Source: a virus
Taxonomy: Duplodnaviria > Caudoviricetes
DNA length: 36,327 nt
IMG/VR virus record: IMGVR_UViG_3300030372_001470
Coordinates: 1-36,327 of that record
Reading direction: 5' to 3' (one strand)
Part shown: positions 1 to 9,770 of the stretch, in pieces
Position numbering within the stretch: the stretch's first letter is position 1
Layout: every line of letters starts with the position of its first letter
Notes under the pieces: model-generated
Database searches by the model: none
The model's input: only the letters and a program-made list of their open reading frames with translations
Told to the model about the DNA's origin: nothing
Position numbers and translations under genes: made by a program

Positions 1-78
1 AGATACAGCACCGCTGCTAACCGCTTTGTCTGCATGTGATCCTCCGTTACCTAGTATAGAAACAGTAGCGCCCTCTAG
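1..78. repeat. Terminal direct repeat (circular overlap), copy 1
   Basis: Matches 36250-36327 at 77/78 positions; the mismatch is 76 T vs 36325 A. Confidence 0.97.
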
Positions 79-1638
79 GTGATACAAACCACTAAATGAC
101 GTAACCGCACTACCAGAATAGGTTAAGCCACTATCAACAAAGAAAGATCCGGTAGCAACTGTTCCAAAATCAAATACATTTAATTTCTCTACATACCGCT
201 TTGTTTGTGAGTTGATCGTTCTTTTAACAATCATATATAATTCATCTTCACCGGTATCTGTGGGTAACGTCGCTATACTCTCGACCACCGCATTACCGGT
301 ACTAAACACACCGCCAATCGTGTGCTTGTGCCAGGCAACAACTTGTTCCTCACGGCGATAGGTCATCCCCAATAAAACACCATCACCACGCAGCGCCCAT
401 ACAACGCTGTCTGGTTCTTGCTGATATGCAAATTCTGTTATACCGCCCTCGGTAATATGTTCTGCCAGGATGGTCATATCTGGCGCTGTGTATCCACTCG
501 CATCAACATCACCAACATATCTAAATTCTCTGACCTTGCGATTACCGCGCTGAACAAATAGTGTAACATCCGCCACTTGCACCGGATCTATCGCTGCTGT
601 GCCGTAATTGCTATATTTTCGGATCAGCGTTGTTGTAGGAGTAATAGGTCCATCATTCGTGGTTGTTACCACAAATTCTCCTCCAGCTGTGCCAACTGTC
701 ATAACACGCGTAGCTGTTAGCCAGCGAATTGCGTTCACCTGGTTGCTAGCGATTGTATAAACTAGCGCATGATCCGCATCAGTACCGGTTGTAAAATTCG
801 TATAATCCGCTGTTTTTGAAAACCATATAGTCTGCGGATTGTCGTTTGTGTTAGCAAATACCAGCCGCTGCTCAAAGAACGTAACCACACTTGGATAATT
901 ATCGGTGGCATTATTTAAGTTTGGACTCGGTGTTCCGGAGATCGATGGTGTTGCAAAACTCCAGCTGGTATGGCTGGATCTCGATAACGTCCTAATCGCA
1001 TAACTAGGATGGACGATATACATTGTGTCTGCACTCTGAGCAAATCTGATATCTGGTAATACCGACTCCGGATATGGTGTCGCCACCTCCAGGATTTCAT
1101 TAGCTGTACCGCCACTTGAATAGGCTGTGAAATCGGTAGTATTAATCGCTGTTCCCCATAGATCCGTCAGCGTAAACGTATGCGTGGTCGAGTTAGCAAC
1201 TTTATAATTTCGTCCGTTCAACTCGGTCATACCGGCAACTGAGGCAATATAAACCTCGTCACCATTAGAATATCCGTGTGATGTTGCTGTTATTACACCA
1301 GGACTTGCCTGGGTTGCGCCCGATATAGTCTTTGTTGTACCCGATAAAACTTGCTCACCATTGCGGTAAATCCGCATGATTTGCTCGCCAAACTCCAAAA
1401 TATAAGTATCTGTCGTTTTAAATTGAAACGGAATAAGCCTACATTTAACGCTGCTTGTTTTAACTTCTCCTAAAAACTCTGTTCCTGGTCTACGCGCTAC
1501 ACCGCCATGCGGCATAGAAACCATGTTCGTTAGGTCGGATAACCCCTCCTTGTATTTCTCTATAGAAACTCTGCCCTCTAATCGTGGCGATATTTCTCCG
1601 GCTACAAAGGATTGTATAGCTGGTGCTGATCGTGCCAT
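1..1638 (-). CDS. Tail tubular protein B / nozzle (T7 gp12-like), 5' part; continues across the circular junction to 35881 (about 668 aa)
   Basis: Not in the ORF track because it runs off the edge. ATG at 1638 overlaps the upstream TAA. Reads MARSAPAIQSFVAGEISPRLEGRV...PHGGVARRPGT...YQQEPDSVVW...EQVVAWHKH, typical of BPP-1/HTVC010P-like nozzles; frame continues into the 35881-36216 ORF. Confidence 0.9.
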   Translation of the reverse strand, partial: MARSAPAIQSFVAGEISPRLEGRVSIEKYKEGLSDLTNMVSMPHGGVARRPGTEFLGEVKTSSVKCRLIPFQFKTTDTYILEFGEQIMRIYRNGEQVLSGTTKTISGATQASPGVITATSHGYSNGDEVYIASVAGMTELNGRNYKVANSTTHTFTLTDLWGTAINTTDFTAYSSGGTANEILEVATPYPESVLPDIRFAQSADTMYIVHPSYAIRTLSRSSHTSWSFATPSISGTPSPNLNNATDNYPSVVTFFEQRLVFANTNDNPQTIWFSKTADYTNFTTGTDADHALVYTIASNQVNAIRWLTATRVMTVGTAGGEFVVTTTNDGPITPTTTLIRKYSNYGTAAIDPVQVADVTLFVQRGNRKVREFRYVGDVDASGYTAPDMTILAEHITEGGITEFAYQQEPDSVVWALRGDGVLLGMTYRREEQVVAWHKHTIGGVFSTGNAVVESIATLPTDTGEDELYMIVKRTINSQTKRYVEKLNVFDFGTVATGSFFVDSGLTYSGSAVTSFSGLYHLEGATVSILGNGGSHADKAVSSGAVS

Positions 1639-2243
1639 TACAACCTCGATTCAATTAGATCACTAGCCTCGATGCGCTGCGGCGCACCCTCTGTTGCATC
1701 AATAAATCTAGCCTCACGCAATCTTTCATCGAATAGCGCTTTTTGCAGCTGCACTACTGTTGTCGATCCGGTTAGCGCATACGAAATAGTATAGGCTAAT
1801 TTAGCTGACAAAGTTCCAACTAAACCAGCATCATATTCATTTGGATCCTCAGATCGCGCTACATATTTAATCTTTGCCGTTGACTCGTCTGTTAGCAACT
1901 TACGACCCTCGATCACAAATACACTACCGCCGGAATTGTTTGTGAGGTTATCAAAGGGATATGTTTGCGATCCATTTGAATATTCCAGGACTCTTAGGCA
2001 ATAAGGATCCGCCGGCAAGGTATAGGAATATGTATATCCATAAGCCGGAGCAGAAGCATCTTGCGCTAAAGTTGCCCTTTTAATTAAACAGTTCCAGGGG
2101 TGAGCACGAAACACCTCGTTGCGGACATTAGCGTACACCTGGTTAATAACACGCGCAGCTTTAGAGTTTTCATCCATACTAGTAATGTTTGTTGCTCCAA
2201 TCGCATTAAGCGCATTATTAGAAATTTCCACAACACTCGGCAT
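1638..2243 (-). CDS. Tail tubular protein A / adaptor (T7 gp11-like)
   Basis: SVVEISNNALNAIGA...HPWNC...AYGYTYSYTLPAD motifs; position between head genes and nozzle. Confidence 0.85.
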   Translation of the reverse strand: MPSVVEISNNALNAIGATNITSMDENSKAARVINQVYANVRNEVFRAHPWNCLIKRATLAQDASAPAYGYTYSYTLPADPYCLRVLEYSNGSQTYPFDNLTNNSGGSVFVIEGRKLLTDESTAKIKYVARSEDPNEYDAGLVGTLSAKLAYTISYALTGSTTVVQLQKALFDERLREARFIDATEGAPQRIEASDLIESRL

Positions 2244-2262
2244 TGCTCACCCCTGGTTAATT

Positions 2263-2766
2263 TTAATTTACGACGTATTCGATCATAAATGATAGATCGC
2301 CAGCTGTGTCGCCAGCCGCATCAAAGATCAAGCCGATATTGTAATATCCGCCTGGATCAGATGATTGACCAGCATCTTCCCACACACGTTGACCCATCAA
2401 ATTGACGTTACGCGCTTCAAAAGCTACCTCAGTTCCGGTAGTGACAGCAGCACGAAGATCGGTGATCGCACTTGCGTAGCAATCATCATCAACCGCTGTG
2501 ACGTTACCATCAGCTGTCCATAGTCCAACATCACAAGTGTTTGTACTTCCACTATCCAGGTCGTCATTGAATAGCTTGATACTTGTTACACTCGCGTTAG
2601 TCGGAATAGGAGCCAACATAACTGTGTCACTAGCACTCAAATCACCAGCAGCTAGAGCGATTGTGCCTTGAATAATTCGCACAACTCCATGCTGTTGATA
2701 TGCCGGATTCATCACTTGAGGTGAGGCTTCAAAATTGGTTACTAATGTAGTATTAACATTTGCCAT
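2263..2766 (-). CDS. Putative capsid decoration/cement protein
   Basis: 167 aa, beta-rich, immediately downstream of the major capsid gene; GGAGG RBS. Confidence 0.55.
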   Translation of the reverse strand: MANVNTTLVTNFEASPQVMNPAYQQHGVVRIIQGTIALAAGDLSASDTVMLAPIPTNASVTSIKLFNDDLDSGSTNTCDVGLWTADGNVTAVDDDCYASAITDLRAAVTTGTEVAFEARNVNLMGQRVWEDAGQSSDPGGYYNIGLIFDAAGDTAGDLSFMIEYVVN

Positions 2767-2779
2767 TGTTCAATCCTCC

Positions 2780-3637
2780 TTACTCATTACACGCAATTTC
2801 GACTACCATTTCTTCCTCAAGACGGCTGCTGCCGAAAGAAGAACAGTAATAGATCTGCGTGCTGTATGATTTATCTGATCGTTCATCTATCCTGGCGGTG
2901 GGTTCCTTACCCATTCCCAAAACCATCCCCTCGCGTGCATACGCATAGCATAGCCTTGAGGTTCCGTTATCTGTTAAACGATTAGATGTTATAAATTTAA
3001 AGCCGAGAAAAGTATCCATCTCTCCTTGAACGAGCGCTTTTACAGAATTGAAATCTGCGCTTGTTACTGTTGTAGAGTTTAATAGATCTTCTATCTGCTC
3101 TGGTGAAACAACGATAAATCTCTCTATTGAGGGATCTACGCTGTTTTGATCTAGGATCTTCTTTGCACTAACCAATTTTGCAATCGTTAGTCCAGCACCA
3201 CCATGAGCGATTTTTTGCCCACTAGGTAAAGCTGTTGAAGTTCCACCCGATACACCGGTTTTAGCTGTACCGCCTAAAGCTGCGATGATTTCATCATCCA
3301 TAGCTCTACCGATAGCCGCTGCCGCTGCCTTTGCGTAAGTTGACTCTGGAGAGATCAACATGCGGATTTTGTCCTGGTCGTCTACAAGGTCTGCATATTC
3401 ATAATCCACAAGACTCACCATTCTTCTCGCATGGGGTGTATCCATTAATGGGGTATCAGAGTGACGGCTAGATCTAGCTTGCGCTACACCGGAACCAATC
3501 TGCTCGAAAAACCCTTTTTCTCCGTTAACCGACTCAGTTCTCACAGAATTACGCAGTAATGAACCCATTTGCTGCGATAATAATGATACGTTCTGAGAAT
3601 ACTGATTAACGAAAGCAGTCGTAATTTGTGTACTCAT
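2780..3637 (-). CDS. Major capsid protein
   Basis: MSTQITTAFVNQYS...LSQQMGSLLR...DTPHARR...DDQDKIRMLI...ALVQGEMDTFLGFKF, typical HTVC010P/BPP-1-like capsid; GGAGG RBS. Confidence 0.93.
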   Translation of the reverse strand: MSTQITTAFVNQYSQNVSLLSQQMGSLLRNSVRTESVNGEKGFFEQIGSGVAQARSSRHSDTPLMDTPHARRMVSLVDYEYADLVDDQDKIRMLISPESTYAKAAAAAIGRAMDDEIIAALGGTAKTGVSGGTSTALPSGQKIAHGGAGLTIAKLVSAKKILDQNSVDPSIERFIVVSPEQIEDLLNSTTVTSADFNSVKALVQGEMDTFLGFKFITSNRLTDNGTSRLCYAYAREGMVLGMGKEPTARIDERSDKSYSTQIYYCSSFGSSRLEEEMVVEIACNE

Positions 3638-3673
3638 TGTAAGTACCTCCGTTAAAAAAGTTAAAATTTAGGT

Positions 3674-3731
3674 GGGTTATCTCGCAAAAGACCCAAAATA
3701 TTTTTTACCTGGAGGGATCCGAAGATTACCC
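3674..3731 (-). promoter_or_regulatory. Two bulged RNA hairpins in the scaffold-capsid intergenic leader
   Basis: Minus-strand RNA GGG-UA-AUC(UUCG)GAU-CCC (3731-3714) and GGG-UCU(UUUGCG)AGA-UAA-CCC (3694-3674). Confidence 0.5.
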
Positions 3732-4547
3732 CTCTGGTTCTGGATACAAATCCTCATTGATCTTCAAAACACGTTGAATGTATTTATCGTGATCGGGATG
3801 AGTATTGCTCCAATATGGACTACCAGATTGCATGAGTTCTCGCTTTTCGCGCTCAAGTTCCTCTGGTGTGCTGATCTGCTCACTTGTAGGACCGCCCAGG
3901 GTATCTTCACTTATCTGGTCAGCTAAAGCAGCAAACATTCTTATTATCTGTGGATTATCACCCAAATGGGTTCCGTCCTTTAGTTGTATATCACCGAAAA
4001 TATCGTCGGATCCTAATAGATGAACAGCAGCACCGCGTGCTCTCTCCAGCTTTTGATCTAACGCATTTCCCCATTCTTTCTGCAATTCTGCACGATTATC
4101 CGCGACTACCTGGTCAGCGTTTAATTGTGATTGCGCGCTTGCCTGGTTAAAGGTTTCACTTAGAAAATCGACAACTTTAGAGGCTTGATTACCATTTAAA
4201 CCAACGGATAATGCCGTTTCCTTAAAGGCTTTTTGCTCGTCAGCTGTAAAGGTTTCGGGAAATTTTACCTCATAACCATCGATATTTACCGGCGCACCTA
4301 GCTTTTGATAGACTTCTAGCCTCTCTGCATCTGTCGCGTGCTTACCTGGGATCGCTACTTTATCAGCACCGATCATGCGCTGCGCGTGCATATATGATTT
4401 TGCTAAACCATTTACGTCTTGAAAATTCTTAAATATAGGGTTGCCCTTAAACTCCTCGCCTAGCGAATCCGCAAAAGCTACCGGAGTTTCTTGTGGTTGT
4501 GTTTCTTGAGATTGAGTTTGCTCAATTACCTCTGCTGTTTCATTCAC
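3726..4547 (-). CDS. Capsid assembly scaffolding protein
   Basis: Acidic and helical; LAKSYMHAQRMIG, LQKEWG, PYW..HPDH motifs; between portal and capsid. Confidence 0.8.
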   Translation of the reverse strand: MNETAEVIEQTQSQETQPQETPVAFADSLGEEFKGNPIFKNFQDVNGLAKSYMHAQRMIGADKVAIPGKHATDAERLEVYQKLGAPVNIDGYEVKFPETFTADEQKAFKETALSVGLNGNQASKVVDFLSETFNQASAQSQLNADQVVADNRAELQKEWGNALDQKLERARGAAVHLLGSDDIFGDIQLKDGTHLGDNPQIIRMFAALADQISEDTLGGPTSEQISTPEELEREKRELMQSGSPYWSNTHPDHDKYIQRVLKINEDLYPEPEG

Positions 4548-4761
4548 TTGTTAGATCCTTTCTTTTTTCTTCCATCATTCTTAAAATTAATAGGACAGCA
4601 TTGCGCTGACCCTCGAAAAACGCACTTTCATAGGGATCCCCTGGAACATGCGTGGTTTGCTGAAAACCAAACCTGGCTTTCAAATCGTCTAAAACTCTCT
4701 TGCCCTCATCAGAGGAAAAGACTTCTCTATAAATGCGCTGTAGATCTTCAATATCCATCAT
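4540..4761 (-). CDS. Bbp19-like small head-module protein
   Basis: YREVFSSDEGKRVLDDL...AFFEGQRNAVLLI; position after portal. Confidence 0.75.
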   Translation of the reverse strand: MMDIEDLQRIYREVFSSDEGKRVLDDLKARFGFQQTTHVPGDPYESAFFEGQRNAVLLILRMMEEKRKDLTSE

Positions 4762-6374
4762 TCAGCCGCGCCCTGGTTAGCTTGTAAGGCTTGCAATAAA
4801 GGCGCAACATTACGCGCTTGCTCTGAATTTTGCATATCTTGCTCTTGTGATTGCTGCGCTGCGGCTGCCTCTTGCTGCTCTTTTCTCATCGCTGCCACTT
4901 CTTGATCGGATCTAATCACTCTTGCCGGCATTCCGGTGATCTCAACCAGGTATTGAACCAATCCATCATTATCAATGTAGTCCGTAATCCCTGGAATAAC
5001 CTCTGCCAAGCTGGTCATTATCTCTACTCCGCGCACTAGATTTTGTAGGTCGCCTATCTTTTGTGCTTTAGCAAGCGGTGAAACGTACTCGATATCTATA
5101 TCTTGTCCTTGCAGTTCGTCGGGAGCCGGCGGTAGAACACCCTGGGAAAGCAGTAATTCAAAGGTTCTAGAAATTAAGGGTTGTAGTAACTCTGATTGCA
5201 AGCGCCCTAACACCGGTCCTAACATTCGTAATCGTTCTTCTTGCATTTGCAGCGTTTGTGTTGCTGTCATTGTCTTATCTGTAGAGGCTAATAGCTGGTC
5301 AACATAGAAGATCCGGCGGATCTGCTCTTGTCGTCGCTCCTCCTGGTTAAGCTGCAATAAATTATTCGCATCTGTTTTTAGCGGCTCTATTCTATCCCTG
5401 GAACCAGATCTGTAGAAATTAAGCGCTCCTGGTGTCGTTCTTACCGGTAGGACATAACCATCATCCGGAACCATTAACGGCGGATCCAGCTGCTTTTGTG
5501 CGGCTCTGATCCCAATTTCTGCCATCTTTGATACCATCATGGCATCCGCTAGACATGTATGTGCCGGTGAGTGTCCATAAACGCTGGAGCTATCCTTAGT
5601 AAATCTGGGAGTTGCCAGGACCATTGAGTCATAACCGCTCTCTTGCATCAGATATTTACTGTCATAACAGTAGTGAATAGAGGCAAAAGGTTTGTCTTTT
5701 GCTGTGGTCTTGCCAGTATCGCCTCTGGGATATATAACATTAATTATCGAATGTTTATCTAAAGGAGTGTTCTCCAATGATTTTTTTATTCTATTCGATA
5801 GATTATTCTTCCCAAACTTTTGCTCTGCTTGTCGTGCGGTTAACTCATACTTACGAAATACTGTATCGACTCTTCCCTCATGGTTTTCTGCTATGTAAAT
5901 CTCAGCAATATGCCTGGTGGAAAAGCGTAGATCTTGACCAATTTCTTTCTCGATCGCCAGGGCAGCTGTGCCAAAAACCACTAAATCATAGTATAATTCG
6001 TGGATTTCTTGCTGAAAATTGGATCTCTCAAGCGCCTGGTACATCTGCTGCGTGCAGATCTCCAGCCATTCATTCGCTGCATCCTCGTTTTGCAGCGCTT
6101 TATCTCTAAATCGCATAGCGAACCACGGCACCGAAGGGGAGGTAAGTGTGCCGTGTAGGTTCGCAGCTAGCAATTCGACAGCATGTTGCGCCGTGGAGTC
6201 GAATATTTTTTGATCTTTTCGCTCACCAGCTGCACGTTTTCGTACAATATCGGCTTTCCTGGGTAAGAAATAGTCAGCTACCTCTTGCCAGCGCTGCTCA
6301 ATATTGCTCCTTTGGGTCTGTAAAGACTCAAATCTTTTGTGCAATGTGGCGACTAATGGTGAAATTTTATCCAT
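4758..6374 (-). CDS. Portal (head-to-tail connector)
   Basis: 538 aa; IFDSTA, YGHSPA, QLDPPL, MTATQ, LGPVLGRLQSELLQPLI, IEYVSPLAKAQ. Confidence 0.95.
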   Translation of the reverse strand: MDKISPLVATLHKRFESLQTQRSNIEQRWQEVADYFLPRKADIVRKRAAGERKDQKIFDSTAQHAVELLAANLHGTLTSPSVPWFAMRFRDKALQNEDAANEWLEICTQQMYQALERSNFQQEIHELYYDLVVFGTAALAIEKEIGQDLRFSTRHIAEIYIAENHEGRVDTVFRKYELTARQAEQKFGKNNLSNRIKKSLENTPLDKHSIINVIYPRGDTGKTTAKDKPFASIHYCYDSKYLMQESGYDSMVLATPRFTKDSSSVYGHSPAHTCLADAMMVSKMAEIGIRAAQKQLDPPLMVPDDGYVLPVRTTPGALNFYRSGSRDRIEPLKTDANNLLQLNQEERRQEQIRRIFYVDQLLASTDKTMTATQTLQMQEERLRMLGPVLGRLQSELLQPLISRTFELLLSQGVLPPAPDELQGQDIDIEYVSPLAKAQKIGDLQNLVRGVEIMTSLAEVIPGITDYIDNDGLVQYLVEITGMPARVIRSDQEVAAMRKEQQEAAAAQQSQEQDMQNSEQARNVAPLLQALQANQGAAE

Positions 6375-6386
6375 TAATTAACGTCC

Positions 6387-6530
6387 TTACTTTTTCTTTG
6401 GCGCAAAACCGCCCTTTTTCTGGCTCATCATTGTGTAAACTTTAGGTTTAATTGTTGATTTAGCCTTAGATCTGGACGTGCCAGCAGCCTTTCTTTTATT
6501 CATATTCGAATACAAACCTGGTTTTGCCAT
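6387..6530 (-). CDS. Small basic protein (47 aa)
   Basis: Below the ORF-track cutoff; MAKPGLYSNMNKRKAAGTSRSKAKSTIKPKVYTMMSQKKGGFAPKKK; start coupled to the upstream stop (TGATG); GGAGG RBS. Confidence 0.75.
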   Translation of the reverse strand: MAKPGLYSNMNKRKAAGTSRSKAKSTIKPKVYTMMSQKKGGFAPKKK

Positions 6531-6718
6531 CAATAGCCTCCTTGCATCATCGTTTTTCTTTTCTTTTTTCGCGGACTTCCGCCTTTCATTCGACCCTCAA
6601 AGCGCTGCATCATCCGCTCCATAGGATCAATATCCATCGATGAGGACATTCCGGTAATAGGTTGATTAGCAATTCGACCCATTAAGCCAGCAACATTCTT
6701 TGGTTTTCGTACTTTCAC
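6530..6718 (-). CDS. Small basic hypothetical protein
   Basis: Coupled to both neighbours; Met/Lys-rich. Confidence 0.7.
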   Translation of the reverse strand: MKVRKPKNVAGLMGRIANQPITGMSSSMDIDPMERMMQRFEGRMKGGSPRKKKRKTMMQGGY

Positions 6719-7272
6719 GCGATTAAACCTTTTAATTTACGCTTTCCCCTGGTCGGAGCCTCACTCAATAACCCTTGTGCGCTGGTTAAAATTGTAGATT
6801 TCTTGCCTTTTCCTTTATTTGCATCCACTTCATCCTCTATTTCACCGCTGCTGGTAGCATCTTCTCCAACCGGTTTAGGCGCTGCCGGTGGTGTCGGCTC
6901 TGTTTTAGTAGCCGCCGCTGGTGTAGAAGATGAGCTCATCATTGTTTTTGGTGCAGCTGTACTGCCCGATTTCTGCTCATATCCCCTGGTTTCTCTGACA
7001 GATCGACCGGTATCCGGATCGGTACGCTCTCCGCCTGGATCCACCATATCCGCCAAATCTGCCATAGCTTTTTCATTGGCAGCTTTACCAGACTCAAATG
7101 CTGCCTTACGACCCTCTGGACTTGTATCTACTGTTTGTCCTGGTCCGGCTAAAAATCTATCTAACCTGGTAGGCTCTTTGAATTTCATTCTGTCGCTGGC
7201 GCTCTGAATACTAGACCCTAATCTTTGAGCACCTCCAGACATCATATCCATAAATGCTGAAAAAAATCCCAT
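6715..7272 (-). CDS. Hypothetical, possibly virion-associated low-complexity protein
   Basis: Between terL and portal; C-terminal GKKSTILTSAQGL motif; AGGAG RBS. Confidence 0.7.
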   Translation of the reverse strand: MGFFSAFMDMMSGGAQRLGSSIQSASDRMKFKEPTRLDRFLAGPGQTVDTSPEGRKAAFESGKAANEKAMADLADMVDPGGERTDPDTGRSVRETRGYEQKSGSTAAPKTMMSSSSTPAAATKTEPTPPAAPKPVGEDATSSGEIEDEVDANKGKGKKSTILTSAQGLLSEAPTRGKRKLKGLIA

Positions 7273-7281
7273 GTTCTTCTC

Positions 7282-8550
7282 CTAGAATACGCGGTATTCA
7301 TTCACCGCTGTTTGCTGTGGTGCTTGAAACTGTCGCTTGTTTTCTCTTAATCCTACCGCCGCATAACGAAACGCATCGGCGCTATGTGAGCTCCAATCGT
7401 GTTTTATTGTTTTAGAAAATGATCGTGTTCGCTCGTTATAGACACGATGATATTGTCTTAATGCCTCTAATCCATTCTTACAGTTATCTCGATCAAACCA
7501 GGATCGTGCTAGCAAAAGCTGCGCTGCGTGGATCCCATCATCAATAGGTAGTTTGGGAACAACACGAAAATTTATCCCTAGATCCCAGGCAACCTCGCGC
7601 CTACTCTTTCCGGATCCTAATTCTCTAACCTCAATATCATGTGGTGCGTAATGACTATCGTATAGATACTCACGTTCTTGCAGCACCCTGGCATAATGGG
7701 GTAATCCCTCACCTCTCGCCTCATAATAATCTATAAAATGTACCGCTCTCCCTACGACCTGGACCCACCAAATCGCTGTACTGTCGCCCACACCGAGGTC
7801 AAAAAATGTGTCAACACGGACAGAGGGATCATAAGGAACCTTAGAAATCCTACCATCTTGAAAGGCTTTCTGAAGTTCCTTACCAAAGACAGACCCTGGA
7901 ACATTCGCCACCCAGGAGCACTCATATTCCTGGTTATACTGATCCTCCGACATGCCGATCCGCGCGGAATCAAGTTCGGATTTAGGTAATATCCCGGTTT
8001 CACTCGCCTTATAGGTCGCTGCATACCAATCATCTGCTGCCGTTGCAGCCTCGTATAATTCGAAAAAGGCATTGTGTCCTCTTGGTGTACCTATAAATAA
8101 GGCTTTTCCCTGGCGATCCGATAAAGCTGGTCTGATAACTTCCGGAAATAAATTCTCCGGCATATCCGCCATCTCGTCCAAAACAGCAAAATCAAGATAA
8201 ATACCTCTTAAACTCGCCGGATTTTCAGATCCTAACAGTTGTATTCTTGCACCATTGGGCAGATCGCAGCGCAATTCCGTTTCGTGAAAGCGCGCCATCG
8301 GTATATTTACCGCGAATTGTTTTAGATAATCCCAGGCTACTTGCTTTGCCTGGCGGTATGTCGGCGCAATATAGGCATATCGTGGGTTTGGTTTATCACA
8401 CAATACTGCCTCTCTAAGAAGATGATTGATCGCCATTACTGTTTTTCCGGCTCGTCGGTGCATTACCACCACTCCCCACCGGTGTTTGTCCAGCTGATCG
8501 TGTAATTCCTTCTGCACCTTTCTCGGCGCGTATGGTATTTTTATGTCCAT
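7282..8550 (-). CDS. terL: Terminase large subunit
   Basis: HRRAGKT Walker A, YIAPTYRQAK, LRGIYLDFAVLDE Walker B, IGTPRG, DLGVGDST nuclease, SHSADAFRY. Confidence 0.96.
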   Translation of the reverse strand: MDIKIPYAPRKVQKELHDQLDKHRWGVVVMHRRAGKTVMAINHLLREAVLCDKPNPRYAYIAPTYRQAKQVAWDYLKQFAVNIPMARFHETELRCDLPNGARIQLLGSENPASLRGIYLDFAVLDEMADMPENLFPEVIRPALSDRQGKALFIGTPRGHNAFFELYEAATAADDWYAATYKASETGILPKSELDSARIGMSEDQYNQEYECSWVANVPGSVFGKELQKAFQDGRISKVPYDPSVRVDTFFDLGVGDSTAIWWVQVVGRAVHFIDYYEARGEGLPHYARVLQEREYLYDSHYAPHDIEVRELGSGKSRREVAWDLGINFRVVPKLPIDDGIHAAQLLLARSWFDRDNCKNGLEALRQYHRVYNERTRSFSKTIKHDWSSHSADAFRYAAVGLRENKRQFQAPQQTAVNEYRVF

Positions 8551-8662
8551 ATTTCTCTAATTCTCGCCTAAAGTAACGCAGCATAAAATCCCTATGCAGC
8601 TTCTTGTTCTCTTGTTGCTTGCGGAACCATTCAGCGGTCTTTCCTAGAATCTTCAAATTCAA
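8414..8662 (-). CDS. Hypothetical protein overlapping the terL start
   Basis: Fills the gap between DUF3310 and terL; 3' half overlaps terL in another frame; start uncertain. Confidence 0.4.
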   Translation of the reverse strand: MNLKILGKTAEWFRKQQENKKLHRDFMLRYFRRELEKYGHKNTIRAEKGAEGITRSAGQTPVGSGGNAPTSRKNSNGDQSSS

Positions 8663-8858
8663 TTAATGCTTTCAAATACCACTCAGCCTTTTTTAAATCC
8701 TGGACACCATTCTTATCCTTATAGCGCCACATATACTTGAGCACTTGACCTCGGCAGTAAAACCCGAAACCATCGCCCAAATTCTCTTTTATAAAATCAA
8801 TGCACTCAATTTTCGCCTGGGTATAATGCCAGGGGTTGTTCACCGGATCATTTTTCAT
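8631..8858 (-). CDS. DUF3310 family protein (T7 gp1.7/SaV-like)
   Basis: DPVNNPWHY...IECID...GQVLKYMWR...KNGVQDLKKAEWYL. Confidence 0.88.
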   Translation of the reverse strand: MKNDPVNNPWHYTQAKIECIDFIKENLGDGFGFYCRGQVLKYMWRYKDKNGVQDLKKAEWYLKALIEFEDSRKDR

Positions 8859-9064
8859 AATTCATCCGGATAAATATAATTCATAATTGGTCTGCATTGC
8901 TTCTTCCGAACTATTGGATCTCGTACTTGATCCAATCTCTCAGCAAAATACAAACAACTTTCCTTAGTTTCAAATTGTAGCTTGTGAACCACAAACTCCT
9001 CTTTCTCCACATCGGGCATAAGAATAAGAAACAAATGAAAGGTAATAACAATAGTTGGTGTCAT
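8855..9064 (-). CDS. Small hypothetical protein, hydrophobic N-terminus and two Cys
   Basis: ATGA coupling at both ends. Confidence 0.7.
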   Translation of the reverse strand: MTPTIVITFHLFLILMPDVEKEEFVVHKLQFETKESCLYFAERLDQVRDPIVRKKQCRPIMNYIYPDEL

Positions 9065-9237
9065 TTTTCATCTCTTCCCCTAATCCAAGGTCTACAAAAG
9101 GCAGAATAATCTCTTCCGGTGTTCGCTCGGTTAATCTGTTCCATGTTCCAGGAGCAATTCTGATAACTGCCAATCTCTACCTCATCAACAACCTCAGTTC
9201 CCTCCATAATCACAAGGATAAAAATGATTGTTTTCAT
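9061..9237 (-). CDS. Small hypothetical protein (58 aa), hydrophobic N-terminus and two Cys
   Basis: Not in the track; MKTIIFILVIMEGTEVVDEVEIGSYQNCSWNMEQINRANTGRDYSAFCRPWIRGRDEK; ATGA coupling at both ends. Confidence 0.75.
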   Translation of the reverse strand: MKTIIFILVIMEGTEVVDEVEIGSYQNCSWNMEQINRANTGRDYSAFCRPWIRGRDEK

Positions 9238-9770
9238 ACTCGACCTATAAACCTTGTGCTGTTCGTCTGCGAATATTTGTTAAAGAAATACCAGCAGCAA
9301 TTATCCTTACCGGTATGCTTACTATCGGGGATCCACTTCACACGACCCACAGACACAATCTTTTGGCAATACTTAATCAAATCCGTAGCTTGCCTGGTGT
9401 GCATCCAATCGGCATCAAATAGCAGCCATGTAGGTTTTAAAGATATAAAATACTCAATCATAGGATGCAGCAGATCACGTCGCCAGGGAGGATTAGTAAT
9501 AATAGCATCAGCATCCAATATCTTCATCTCATCGAGCTCTAACGCATCATGCTGAATAATACCAGACCTACGCGGCTCTATATCGCTCGCATAGCAGCAC
9601 ATAACACCAGCTAGCTCCATCAGATCAATAAGCTGCCCATTGCCAGCACACGGCTCGCAAAACAGCTTTATAGACGGCATATCCAAGTGATACAGCAAAG
9701 GCTTTACCGCCTCCGGTGGTGTTGGATAGAAATCTCTCGGTATCCGGTCAAACTCACTACGTTTTCCCAT
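9234..9770 (-). CDS. DNA N6-adenine methyltransferase (phage orphan type)
   Basis: DFYPTP N-terminus, EPCAGNG SAM-binding motif I, IITNPPW motif IV. Confidence 0.88.
   Translation of the reverse strand: MGKRSEFDRIPRDFYPTPPEAVKPLLYHLDMPSIKLFCEPCAGNGQLIDLMELAGVMCCYASDIEPRRSGIIQHDALELDEMKILDADAIITNPPWRRDLLHPMIEYFISLKPTWLLFDADWMHTRQATDLIKYCQKIVSVGRVKWIPDSKHTGKDNCCWYFFNKYSQTNSTRFIGRV

Noticed and set aside
6803-7207. 134-aa plus-strand ORF
   Set aside because: Shadow of the low-complexity 6715-7272 gene
8970-9173. 67-aa minus-strand ORF in the track
   Set aside because: The alternative frame 9061-9237 has an ATG and exact ATGA coupling at both ends
9055-9555. 166-aa plus-strand ORF
   Set aside because: Antisense to the MTase and a well-coupled small gene; no expression signals
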